A stretch of DNA of 64,000 nt from an uncultured Erysipelotrichaceae bacterium (GTDB lineage: Bacteria > Bacillota_I > Bacilli_A > RF39 > UBA660): positions 468 through 64,467 of the forward strand of contig CADCJS010000004.1 of assembly GCA_902801825.1 (NCBI GenBank), given 5' to 3'. Below are positions 1 to 8,906 of this stretch, in pieces. A program made the translations under genes and the position numbers. The notes beneath the pieces are model-generated. The model had not been told where the DNA came from, did no database searches, and saw nothing but the letters and a program-made list of their open reading frames with translations. Each line of letters opens with the position of its first letter. The first letter of the stretch is position 1.

Positions 1-40
1 TAAGGCTTTTATCAATTTGATAGTTCTCTAAAAATAGGGC

Positions 41-60
41 TAGGTACCATTTAGGTACCA
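41..60. repeat. Left copy of the 20-bp direct repeat (att-like)
   Basis: Exact match to 8752-8771. Internally it is two GGTACC palindromes separated by ATTTA. Confidence 0.85.
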
Positions 61-165
61 TTTTAATAAATTATTCTATATAAATTGTTAAATTATGAAA
101 TAAAATGTTATAATATGAATTAAATAAAAGCAATGATCTTTTTTATAATGCAAGGAGGTAATAAC

Positions 166-1095
166 ATGAATATTCAGGATGTTTTCAATAATGAATCATT
201 ATATTCAAAAAAAGAGTTCAAATTATTTGTTTTAGAAGGAGATAAGTATAATTATGATGAAGATGCTGCAAAAGAAATGTTTAAATATATTGGTATTAAA
301 AACAATAAAATTGTAACATTGTGCAATAAATGTAATAAAGAATTTCCTTTTGATATAGACAAAAGACTTATAGGCTTTTTTGATGATATGAATCACACTA
401 CATCATATATGTCAGTTACTAGAAATTTTTCAAATGCACCGGGAGGTCGAATCGATATAAAAAATGGGCATATTTGGGGAGGTATGCCTCCTTATCCAAA
501 AGCATTTTTGAATGAATATGGAAAATGGTATATAGAGTATCAATTAACCTGCACAAATGATTCTAGCCATAGATATTTTATGGTCATCTCCATTGAACAA
601 AGATTGGGAACTTTTATAGTTAAAAAAATTGGCCAAGATCCATCAATGTTAAGCGTGCATGATTTTGATTTTGAAAAGTATAAAGAACAATTAACTAAGA
701 TAAATGCTTATGAAGATTATAAAAAAGCTGACTTATCAAATGCAGAACATTTTTATGTTGGTGCTTATGCGTATTTACGAAGAATATTTGAAAAAATGCT
801 TAATAATTATATAAAAGAAAATAATATTACTCTCAAGGATGATCATGTTGAAACCAAAATTAAAGCAGTTAAAGATTGTTTTGATTCTAGAATTAAGGAT
901 TTATTAAAAAATTTGTATAGTATATTGAGCAAAAGTATACATGAATTAAATGAAGAACAGAGTAAAGAGTATTATCAATACTTAAAAGCAATAATAGACA
1001 TTCAACTTGAATTTGAATATACTGAAAACGAGAAGAACAAACAGAGTAAACAATTAAATTCTATATTAAATAAAATAGTTAATGAAATAAAATAA
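166..1095 (+). CDS. Hypothetical protein (309 aa). Possible DUF4145-like helical C-terminal half.
   Basis: GGAGG RBS upstream of the ATG at 166 (the track ORF starts at 133). Extended -10 TGTTATAAT at about 106-114. One CNKC pair. The family assignment is from memory only and is not verified. Confidence 0.6.
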   Translation: MNIQDVFNNESLYSKKEFKLFVLEGDKYNYDEDAAKEMFKYIGIKNNKIVTLCNKCNKEFPFDIDKRLIGFFDDMNHTTSYMSVTRNFSNAPGGRIDIKNGHIWGGMPPYPKAFLNEYGKWYIEYQLTCTNDSSHRYFMVISIEQRLGTFIVKKIGQDPSMLSVHDFDFEKYKEQLTKINAYEDYKKADLSNAEHFYVGAYAYLRRIFEKMLNNYIKENNITLKDDHVETKIKAVKDCFDSRIKDLLKNLYSILSKSIHELNEEQSKEYYQYLKAIIDIQLEFEYTENEKNKQSKQLNSILNKIVNEIK

Positions 1096-1122
1096 GAAAG
1101 TTAGGAAATAAAACCTAACTTT

Positions 1123-1984
1123 TTATTCTAATCTATCTATAAGCTCGACAACTTCATTTAAAGCAGAGTTGAATAAATGTGTATAAGTGTTCAATGTTTC
1201 TTCTATTTTTGTATGACCTAGATACTTAGCTACCACAGTTATATTAGCACCGTTATTAACAAGTAAAGATGCACATGAGTGCCTGAAATCATGGATCCTA
1301 ATTTGAGGTACACCAGCCAATTTACAATTTCGATTTTTTCTCGATGTAATAGTATTACTAGCTACAGGAAAAGCATCACCAATAACAAAGTAATCATCAT
1401 TGAATCCATACTCTTTAGATACCTCTTCTTTAAGCTTTTTAAGGTCATTTAAGAACATTTTATTAGGCGGTAGGGTTCTTATACTACTTTTAGTCTTTGG
1501 AGTGGAGAACTGGAACTCTTTAGCCGAACCGCCACGATCTGTTATTTGCTTTTTAACAGATAAAATTTTATTAACAAGATCAATATTTTTCAAGTCAACC
1601 CTCTAAGTTCACCTTTTCTTAATCCACAGTAATATAATATTTCAAACATGACTCTCTTTTGTAAGTCCTCTTCAACAGTAATAAATTGTTTCCATTGATC
1701 ATAAGTAAAATACATCATTTCTTTTGGAATATCAGAAGAATTACTAAACTTAGTCATCTTATTATAAACTTTATTAAGATTAAAATCATACCAGGTCATA
1801 GCAAAGTTCAATACTGATTTTAGAAATTTTAATATATCGTTTTTATATCGTGTTGAAATTAAAATGCTATAACTTCAGGAATAACATATTCTTCCAAATA
1901 ACTATCATAATTATCATAAAAAGGATCGATAACCTTTTCACATTCTTCATCGCTTATATCTTCGTCAGTACATTTTCTTAACAT
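1123..1984 (-). pseudogene. Tyrosine recombinase / phage-type integrase, disrupted into three reading-frame pieces
   Basis: The C-terminal piece has HDFRHSCASLL ... LGHTKIEETLNTYTHL (the HxxR and catalytic Tyr region). The middle piece ends GLRKGELRGLT (the catalytic Arg box). The N-terminal 41-codon piece starts at 1984 behind a GGAGGTG RBS. Frames break near 1860 and 1590. Confidence 0.8.
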
Positions 1985-2100
1985 AAACACCTCCGTATGT
2001 ATTAATCACTCTAAAATTAAATTGTTACAAGTGTATTCGTATGAAAAAAGCAGTTTTTATGTTAAAATATTATTAGATAAGAACTTAATGAGGTGGTAAA

Positions 2101-4110
2101 GTGAAGTATAGCATTAAAATATATGGTGACAATATTATAGAATGTGAAAGAATGGTTGATCTAATCTTTTCTAATGTTAATATCAAAACAATCAAAAGGG
2201 AGTTAAGCTCAATATCTTGTATGAAAGTAGATTCGACAATAGAGTTTAATGATGAAACGTTAGAATTATCATTGGAACTTTATCCTGGGTTTAACAAGCA
2301 AACATCTGATAGATGGGATAATAATATTTTTGATGTTCTTAAACCAAAAGGTTCGTTTTTAAATGAAACACCAGATGTATTATTAGTAAAAGAAGAAAAT
2401 GGATTTGAAAAAGTATTATTAGGTGTGGAATTTTGTAGTGCATTACAAGCAGGAAATCAAGCTTGGCAAAGAAGTGGTAGAGCATATTCTACTGCTAGAT
2501 CCGGAATACCTTATTTGTACATTGTAGAATTTGCTAAGTATGAGTTAGATAATAAAAGAAATAGAAAAGCTTTGAGATTTCCTAATCCTGCAATACCATT
2601 TAGCTACTTAAATTATTCTATTGAAAATGGAGATTTATTAGCACAAGTATACTTTAAAGGGGAAGAATATCAGCCAACTTTTGATAATAAATTAAAAAAA
2701 TTCAGTAGTGATATATTTGGAGAACAAGAAGTATCAAAATATATAATGAACCTGATATTAGAACATGATGTTTCTGAGTATGAGAAGAATATAATTGATA
2801 AAAATTATCAGATGGTAGAAGATTTATCCAAAAGTACTTTGTCATCTAAAGCCTTTGATTTTACAGATTGGGAAAACATATATAGAAATAAATTAGATAT
2901 TTTGGATTATGCCAGCAGCAAAAATAAATTTAAGTTTAATAAAAAAATATCATCAAAGGCTTCCTCAGATAAAATAAAAAAATTTCAAGCAATAGTTAAT
3001 AAATATAGTATAGGTATTGGAAGTTCAGATTTGCCTTTTGGATTAATTCCTAAAAATTCAAAAAAACAATTTATAAAAGAATTAAAGAAGATTTATCCGT
3101 TTAATGAAGAAAATATTGATTACAATAAACATATGATTATATGTATGATAAAGGGTTTTAAACCACGTGGAGACGATAATCGACCTGATAGGGGAATACT
3201 ACCTTTTATTGCTATGCTAGTTGGGGAAGATTGTGAAATATTGACTTACTTATATGGACCATTATATAAACAATACTATAATCATATTATTAAAGATGAA
3301 ATATTGAATTTACAAAAAAATGGGTTATGGAAATCAATTGTGTCATTAAGTAATTATATTCTTATCGAATCCGATATATTAGGAACAGATAATCATTTAA
3401 GTATATTAAAAGATAACACTAATAATAAGAAATTAATGTTAGAAAGAAAAAATGAAGAAATTTTAATGAAGATATCAAATGTTCCAAATCACTTGTCAGA
3501 AAATGATGTGGATTCAATAATACATATTTTATTTAAATATATTTTTGAAAACAATTCTTATGAGGGTATGTGTAATCCACCAGGAGGAGATTGGAGTGGA
3601 TTATCATTAATTGGTGAAAAGGAATATAGATGGTTGTCTTTGCCGAGAGTAAGCGATAATTCTAAAAGACCAGATCATGTTATACAATTATTTAATATAT
3701 TAGATGAATCAATTATTCTATCAATTGAATCAAAGGATAAGGCAAATAATTTGGAAACTGAAATAGGAGTTCAATTAAAAAAATATATAACTGATTTAAC
3801 AAATTATATACCAAGTGTAGAAAGAATAAAGTATACAAAAGACTGGAACATTTCTAGCAGTAGAGCAAACATATCATTAAAACATCTATTAAGTGGAATA
3901 GCATATATAAAAGATCGTGATATTAGTTATAGTTCACTTTTTGATAAGCATAAATGTGATGTAATTTTTGAATTAATACCACAAAAAGAAAATAATAATT
4001 GGATTATTAAGATAATAACAAAAAGCATGCATAAACAAATTTTTGAAAAATTATTGCAACAAAAAAAGAATGGATTTGAAAACATTATCATAGAATTAGT
4101 AATTATTTAG
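2101..4110 (+). CDS. Putative restriction endonuclease-like protein with a PD-(D/E)xK motif (669 aa)
   Basis: GTG start behind a GAGGTGG RBS. RPDHV (nt 3667-3681) followed by SIESK (nt 3721-3735) gives D525 ... E543-x-K545. A weaker PD...E motif lies at nt 2371-2437. Convergent on two DNA methyltransferase genes. Confidence 0.55.
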   Translation: MKYSIKIYGDNIIECERMVDLIFSNVNIKTIKRELSSISCMKVDSTIEFNDETLELSLELYPGFNKQTSDRWDNNIFDVLKPKGSFLNETPDVLLVKEENGFEKVLLGVEFCSALQAGNQAWQRSGRAYSTARSGIPYLYIVEFAKYELDNKRNRKALRFPNPAIPFSYLNYSIENGDLLAQVYFKGEEYQPTFDNKLKKFSSDIFGEQEVSKYIMNLILEHDVSEYEKNIIDKNYQMVEDLSKSTLSSKAFDFTDWENIYRNKLDILDYASSKNKFKFNKKISSKASSDKIKKFQAIVNKYSIGIGSSDLPFGLIPKNSKKQFIKELKKIYPFNEENIDYNKHMIICMIKGFKPRGDDNRPDRGILPFIAMLVGEDCEILTYLYGPLYKQYYNHIIKDEILNLQKNGLWKSIVSLSNYILIESDILGTDNHLSILKDNTNNKKLMLERKNEEILMKISNVPNHLSENDVDSIIHILFKYIFENNSYEGMCNPPGGDWSGLSLIGEKEYRWLSLPRVSDNSKRPDHVIQLFNILDESIILSIESKDKANNLETEIGVQLKKYITDLTNYIPSVERIKYTKDWNISSSRANISLKHLLSGIAYIKDRDISYSSLFDKHKCDVIFELIPQKENNNWIIKIITKSMHKQIFEKLLQQKKNGFENIIIELVII

Positions 4111-4111
4111 A

Positions 4112-4930
4112 TTACCAATTTAGATAAAGAGATTCAAATACCATCTCTTTTTTTTGATTTAAAACATTATTAACGCTTGAATTTCCAGCTTTGATTGTGA
4201 ACTTTCTTTTATACAAATTGCTTGGAATTTCAATGTTATAATTTTTGTCTCCTCTTGATCCATCAAAAGATAAAACATATTTTATTTCTCTTTTATTTAA
4301 ATCCTCTAAAAACTTTAAAAACTCTTCATAATTTAAATCTGACGAGTATCTATCTTTATTATAGAAGTATGGAGGATCTAAATAGACTAAATCACCTTTT
4401 TTTGCAGTTTTAGTTGTTTCCCTATAATCTCCAATTATGAACTTAACATTTTGAATTCTGCTAGACCATTCATCAATTATTTTGTTTAATGTCTTTGGAT
4501 TAATGCCTTTTCTTGTAACATGAAATGAATTATTAAATTCTCCATTTTTGTTAAATCTAATCAATCCATTGCAACATGTTCTTGTTAAAAATAGAAATTT
4601 ATTAGGATCGCCATTTTTATTAAATTGATCTCTCACGTCATAGTAGTATGTATAGCCAATTTTTTGTAGTTTATTCCAATTGCCTTCATATATTTTTGAT
4701 ACATCATTTGGTCTTGTTTTTATCTCTTCCCATAGTTCAATTAATGGTTTACATATATCTCCACATACTGCCTTTTTAAAGTTAGCTATTCCCATTACTG
4801 AACCACCACCGAGAAAGGGCTCATAATATGTGTTTATATTTTCAGGAAAATAACTAACTATAGTTTCGGCTTGTGATCTTTTGCTACCTGTCCATTTTAT
4901 TACAGGCATTAGTTTTTTAGCTTTTGTCAT
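4112..4930 (-). CDS. Dam-family (D12 class) N6-adenine DNA methyltransferase
   Basis: KWTGSKR, YEPFLGGGSV (motif I) and YLDPPY (motif IV), in alpha-class order. Confidence 0.85.
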   Translation of the reverse strand: MTKAKKLMPVIKWTGSKRSQAETIVSYFPENINTYYEPFLGGGSVMGIANFKKAVCGDICKPLIELWEEIKTRPNDVSKIYEGNWNKLQKIGYTYYYDVRDQFNKNGDPNKFLFLTRTCCNGLIRFNKNGEFNNSFHVTRKGINPKTLNKIIDEWSSRIQNVKFIIGDYRETTKTAKKGDLVYLDPPYFYNKDRYSSDLNYEEFLKFLEDLNKREIKYVLSFDGSRGDKNYNIEIPSNLYKRKFTIKAGNSSVNNVLNQKKEMVFESLYLNW

Positions 4931-5721
4931 TGTATATCACCATCATTAATTCTTTTAATTGAAATATCATAATATTCTTTTTCTATTTCAAATCCAATAA
5001 AGTTTCTATTTAATTCTTTAGAAGCTAAACATTCACTACCAGCACCACTAAATGGAACTAAAATAGTATCATTTTCTTTTGTCGAAAGATTAATCATTCT
5101 TTTTAATAATCTTAGTGGTTTTTGTGTAGGGTGTTTTCCAAATTTTAATTCTCTTTTTTCTTTGTTATTTGGAATATCCCAAACAGTTCTCATTTGTTTA
5201 CCTTTTTCTTTTAAATTATCTTCACTAAATTCTGATTCTTTTGAATATTCATAATCAAAATAGTATTGTCTTTTTTTCTTTTCATTTTTATGACACCATA
5301 AAATATTTTCATGACTTGCAGTAAGTCTTCTTCCAGCAAGATTTGGAAATGAATTTCTTTTATACCATATAACTTCATTTATGATTTCTATATTTAATAA
5401 TTGACACACAGTATTTACTATACCAATATTATGATAAGTACCAAAAATCCACATAGAACCTGTTGGTTTAAGAATCCTTTGTGCTTCTTTTAACCACGCA
5501 ATAGTAAAAGATATATAATCATTTAATTCATAATTGTCCCATTTTTGCATAGTTTTATTCCAATTGCCACCTAAATTTATATTAGTGGTATGATCCCACA
5601 AAATATTACTTCCTTTGGATAAATTATATGGAGGATCTGCAATGATTAGATCTACTGAATTAGAATCAATTTTTCTCATTCCTTCAATGCAGTTTTCGTT
5701 ATATATTACATTTGTCTTCAT
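4927..5721 (-). CDS. N6/N4 DNA methyltransferase (beta class, DpnA/MboIB-like order of motifs)
   Basis: N-terminal IIADPPYNL and C-terminal VPFSGAGSE. 4-nt overlap with the downstream methyltransferase gene. TGCTATAAT promoter on the minus strand just upstream. Confidence 0.85.
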   Translation of the reverse strand: MKTNVIYNENCIEGMRKIDSNSVDLIIADPPYNLSKGSNILWDHTTNINLGGNWNKTMQKWDNYELNDYISFTIAWLKEAQRILKPTGSMWIFGTYHNIGIVNTVCQLLNIEIINEVIWYKRNSFPNLAGRRLTASHENILWCHKNEKKKRQYYFDYEYSKESEFSEDNLKEKGKQMRTVWDIPNNKEKRELKFGKHPTQKPLRLLKRMINLSTKENDTILVPFSGAGSECLASKELNRNFIGFEIEKEYYDISIKRINDGDIQ

Positions 5722-5885
5722 ATGATACCTCCTTATTTAATTATAGCATATTTATTTGATTTTTAGCTATATATATGCCTGTTTTTGCTCAATATATGAT
5801 TATGTTACTTTAAATATAAATATTTTAATTATAAATATTTATCATAACAAAAACATACTAAAATATTTTAAAAATTTGATATTGA

Positions 5886-5894
5886 TGTTATAAT
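5886..5894 (+). promoter_or_regulatory. Extended -10 promoter (TGTTATAAT) for the KAP NTPase gene
   Basis: TG-n-TATAAT at 5886-5894. The same extended -10 form recurs in front of many genes in this window. Confidence 0.5.
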
Positions 5895-5907
5895 AATATA
5901 AGAAAAT

Positions 5908-5947
5908 AGAGTGTGTTCCGTTTTTAAGATGGAATATGCTCTTTTTT
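5908..5947 (+). terminator. Terminator-like hairpin inside the 5' leader of the KAP NTPase gene
   Basis: 12-bp stem (5908-5919 pairs with 5931-5942, including three G-U pairs), 11-nt loop, then a T-run to 5947. It lies between the promoter and the RBS at 5952-5956. Confidence 0.5.
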
Positions 5948-5965
5948 GATTGGAGGAAGATAACA

Positions 5966-8731
5966 ATGAATGATAAGCTATATTTTCAAGATATACCTGT
6001 AGAAGAATATTCTGATGATTTTATTGGCTTTAAGGAAGAAATAAATATGATAAAAGAGGGAGTAGAATCTAATTCAAAAATAATTGGACTGGTATCGGAT
6101 TATGGTTCTGGTAAATCATCAATTATCAATTTGCTAGATAAAGAATTGTCAAAAAATGATTATGACTTAATAAGAGTAAATTTATGGGATCCTGATGGAA
6201 AAAATAGTGGATTAGAAGCACATAAAAGAATGATAATTCAGCTTGCAAATAATATATATAACAATAGGCCAAAAAAAGTTTCTTATATTATAAAAAAAAT
6301 TAATCCTAATTATAGAACAATAAATATTTCTACTAAGAATAATAATTCATTTTTTTGTGTAATTTTGTCATTGTTATTATTTATAATAAGTTTTTGTTAT
6401 AAAAACAATGTTGTTCTACACTATTTAAATTTTCTTTCTGATCCTAAATATTATGATTATGTAAAGATAATAAAAGAAATATGTAATTATTCAGGAATAC
6501 TTGGATTTATTATACTATTTATAACAATAATTTGTAGTGGAATAGTATGTAATTATTTTACAAAAGATGATGTTCAAACAATTAATGAACTTGATTTAAT
6601 AGATGTGTCCAACGAATTAAAAAGCAAAAAGAAATTAGTTATTGTTATTGAAGATTTGGATAGGATAGATAATAAGGAATACATTGTACAATTTATAAAA
6701 GAATTAAATACATATTATAAAGATTTAAAAAATGCAAAATTTATAATTGCTATTACACCAGAAGAATTTGAAAAAATGTCAAATGAAAGTGATGATAGTA
6801 AATATAAACCATTTAATTTAATTATAAATCTTCCTAAAATTAAGAATAGTGATTATGGTATTCTTTTAAAAGAACTATTATTAAGTAAAAAAGACTTATA
6901 TTCAAAAAAATTGGGTATTGAAAATGAACAGGATTTTGATGAATGGGAGTGGCTTTCACTTGGTGATAATCTTAATATGAGAAGATTAAAGCATAGAATA
7001 AATAGTACTGTTCATTTATATATGTCACTTAAAAATAGATTTCCAGACAAAGATATTAATATAAGATCGTGCATTGCCATTATATATCTTAGGGATAGGT
7101 ATGAAGAAGAGTTTAATAAGCTCTTAATAGAAAAAGATGGAAGTTTTGAGTTGAAAAATAAGTTAGATAATTGGATTAAAATGAATAAAGAACCTGAGAA
7201 ATTATCTGGTATAGATAAAGATATATATGAATTATTTGTTTATGGGTACATAGATTATAATTGTGAGATGTATTGCTATAATTATAGTAGATATAATACA
7301 ATTTTTGGTATAGATGAAAACTCTATATGTACTGATTATTTGCTTGATAGGAATTATTCTCTTCCAGAAGAAAAAATAAAAAGCATTATTGATAGTAATA
7401 GTGATTGTTTGAATAATGCTATGATAAAACGTGAGAATTTAAAATTAGATATACCATCCAATGTTTTTGATAGTGTATCAATTATAAATTTTATATTAAA
7501 AAAACTTAATGAAGATAAACTAACAAAATTTTATACTAATCTTTTGCCAATCGATTATTTGCATATTTCCAGTACGAAAGGTAAGCTAGAAAAAATTTTA
7601 GATAGTGACTTCTTTTTAGAAGAAAATATAAAAAAATATATAAATATATCAGCAGATAATATTAGAAAAAGTGGAAATTATCAAGATATAGATAAAAGTA
7701 GAAAAGTGTTAATTGATATATTCACAAATTTTAAATCAATTTTATTACCACTATATGAAAATGATTTTCCTATCATTTCAGAAGAAGAATTAAATAGTAT
7801 AGATAAATTGAAAGATGTACATACTTTGTTACATACTGAAAAAATAGATGCTAATAATATTAAATATATAATAAATGCAATTGATAAAAAGTATGGAGTT
7901 GATGATAAAAATATAATAAAAAATATTATTGATAATCTTAAAACAGACATGCGAAATTATTATTTAAAAAATTGCAAATCTCTTTCTTTATTAGATGTAT
8001 CTGAAAAAGAAAAAATATATAATGATTATAGAAATGATATTGTCATCGAAAGTATAAATGATGTAGAAAAAATAATTGAAAATTTTAACTACTCATTTGA
8101 AGACTTAGAATTGAAAGCTATAAATTATCTTGATACAGAAATTATTAAAACGGAACAATACGAATCATTTGTAAATAGACTACCTAATGTTAGTAAAAAA
8201 ACATTAGAAAGATTAGAAAAAGATGACTGCTTATTCAAAGTTAATGATAATATAATAAATGCATTTAAAAAAAATAATATGATGTATGGGTATGTAAAAT
8301 TTTTAACATTTAAAAACAATGAGATTCCAAAAGGCAATAAAGCTATAACTAATGAATATGAGAAAATTTATTCTAATAACAATTTTATATTTGATAAATT
8401 TATGAATAATACATATTTCTTGGAATATATACGAGATCATGAAATATATAGTAAGTATGATACTCATAGATTTATGTATTTGAAAAATTGTAGTCAAACA
8501 GAAAAACTTATTACGTATTCTTTTCAAAATTTAGATATAGTGATGCTTAATGATTATCTAGAAACAATGAATTACTATGTTTTAGAAGATAAAGTTTTTG
8601 AGGAGATATTAAATAAGTATCAATCAAAAATCATTAATCTTAGTAAAAAAGCATATGAAAAATTATTAAAGTGTACATCTAAGAGGGGAAATAAGATAAA
8701 ACTAGCACGCATGTGGAGAACTAACAAATAA
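5966..8731 (+). CDS. KAP-family P-loop NTPase with a membrane insert and a long uncharacterised C-terminal region (921 aa)
   Basis: Walker A DYGSGKSS (nt about 6098-6121). Two hydrophobic helices (FFCVILSLLLFIISFCY and GILGFIILFITIICSGIV) lie between Walker A and Walker B. Walker B is LVIVIEDLDR (nt 6635-6664). GGAGG RBS before the ATG at 5966. Confidence 0.75.
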   Translation: MNDKLYFQDIPVEEYSDDFIGFKEEINMIKEGVESNSKIIGLVSDYGSGKSSIINLLDKELSKNDYDLIRVNLWDPDGKNSGLEAHKRMIIQLANNIYNNRPKKVSYIIKKINPNYRTINISTKNNNSFFCVILSLLLFIISFCYKNNVVLHYLNFLSDPKYYDYVKIIKEICNYSGILGFIILFITIICSGIVCNYFTKDDVQTINELDLIDVSNELKSKKKLVIVIEDLDRIDNKEYIVQFIKELNTYYKDLKNAKFIIAITPEEFEKMSNESDDSKYKPFNLIINLPKIKNSDYGILLKELLLSKKDLYSKKLGIENEQDFDEWEWLSLGDNLNMRRLKHRINSTVHLYMSLKNRFPDKDINIRSCIAIIYLRDRYEEEFNKLLIEKDGSFELKNKLDNWIKMNKEPEKLSGIDKDIYELFVYGYIDYNCEMYCYNYSRYNTIFGIDENSICTDYLLDRNYSLPEEKIKSIIDSNSDCLNNAMIKRENLKLDIPSNVFDSVSIINFILKKLNEDKLTKFYTNLLPIDYLHISSTKGKLEKILDSDFFLEENIKKYINISADNIRKSGNYQDIDKSRKVLIDIFTNFKSILLPLYENDFPIISEEELNSIDKLKDVHTLLHTEKIDANNIKYIINAIDKKYGVDDKNIIKNIIDNLKTDMRNYYLKNCKSLSLLDVSEKEKIYNDYRNDIVIESINDVEKIIENFNYSFEDLELKAINYLDTEIIKTEQYESFVNRLPNVSKKTLERLEKDDCLFKVNDNIINAFKKNNMMYGYVKFLTFKNNEIPKGNKAITNEYEKIYSNNNFIFDKFMNNTYFLEYIRDHEIYSKYDTHRFMYLKNCSQTEKLITYSFQNLDIVMLNDYLETMNYYVLEDKVFEEILNKYQSKIINLSKKAYEKLLKCTSKRGNKIKLARMWRTNK

Positions 8732-8751
8732 GGAATCAATAACAACTTTTT

Positions 8752-8771
8752 TAGGTACCATTTAGGTACCA
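8752..8771. repeat. Right copy of the 20-bp direct repeat (att-like)
   Basis: Exact match to 41-60. Confidence 0.85.
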
Positions 8772-8815
8772 ACAGACTAATAAATACTATTTTATTATGG
8801 TAATTACAAAAATAT

Positions 8816-8838
8816 AACGGCTCTAAAAGGCCGTTTTT
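8816..8838 (+). terminator. Weak intrinsic terminator
   Basis: AACGGC / GCCGTT 6-bp stem followed by a T-run. Confidence 0.4.
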
Positions 8839-8906
8839 AAAAAGATTTAACACATAAAAAGAATAAAAGGGCGGACCCTCTGAAGAGAGCAACCTAACAA
8901 TAATCT

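Larger units (their letters stand above)
41..8771. mobile_element. Integrated genomic island (about 8.7 kb) bounded by perfect 20-bp direct repeats. Carries a decayed integrase and defence-type cargo.
   Basis: TAGGTACCATTTAGGTACCA occurs at 41-60 and again at 8752-8771. A tyrosine-recombinase remnant lies near the left end. Cargo is a restriction-modification-like set plus a KAP NTPase. Confidence 0.7.

Noticed and set aside
1400-1606. 68-aa plus-strand ORF
   Set aside because: It is antisense to the integrase catalytic domain, whose conserved motifs are on the minus strand.
4222-4413. 63-aa plus-strand ORF inside the Dam-like methylase gene. The same class includes other short antisense ORFs at 18317-18685, 21507-21704, 23248-23430, 23608-23868, 26276-26518, 27122-27496, 34882-35142, 47896-48093, 57166-57387, 59919-60107, 60200-60424 and 60746-60991.
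   Set aside because: All are nested antisense to, or out of frame within, longer ORFs with clear family motifs. None has a convincing RBS.
7681-8892. Four minus-strand ORFs (70-90 aa) antisense to the KAP gene and its 3' flank
   Set aside because: They give low-complexity Ile/Phe/Leu-rich translations typical of the antisense strand of AT-rich coding sequence. They have no RBS and lie fully inside a much longer, motif-bearing ORF.
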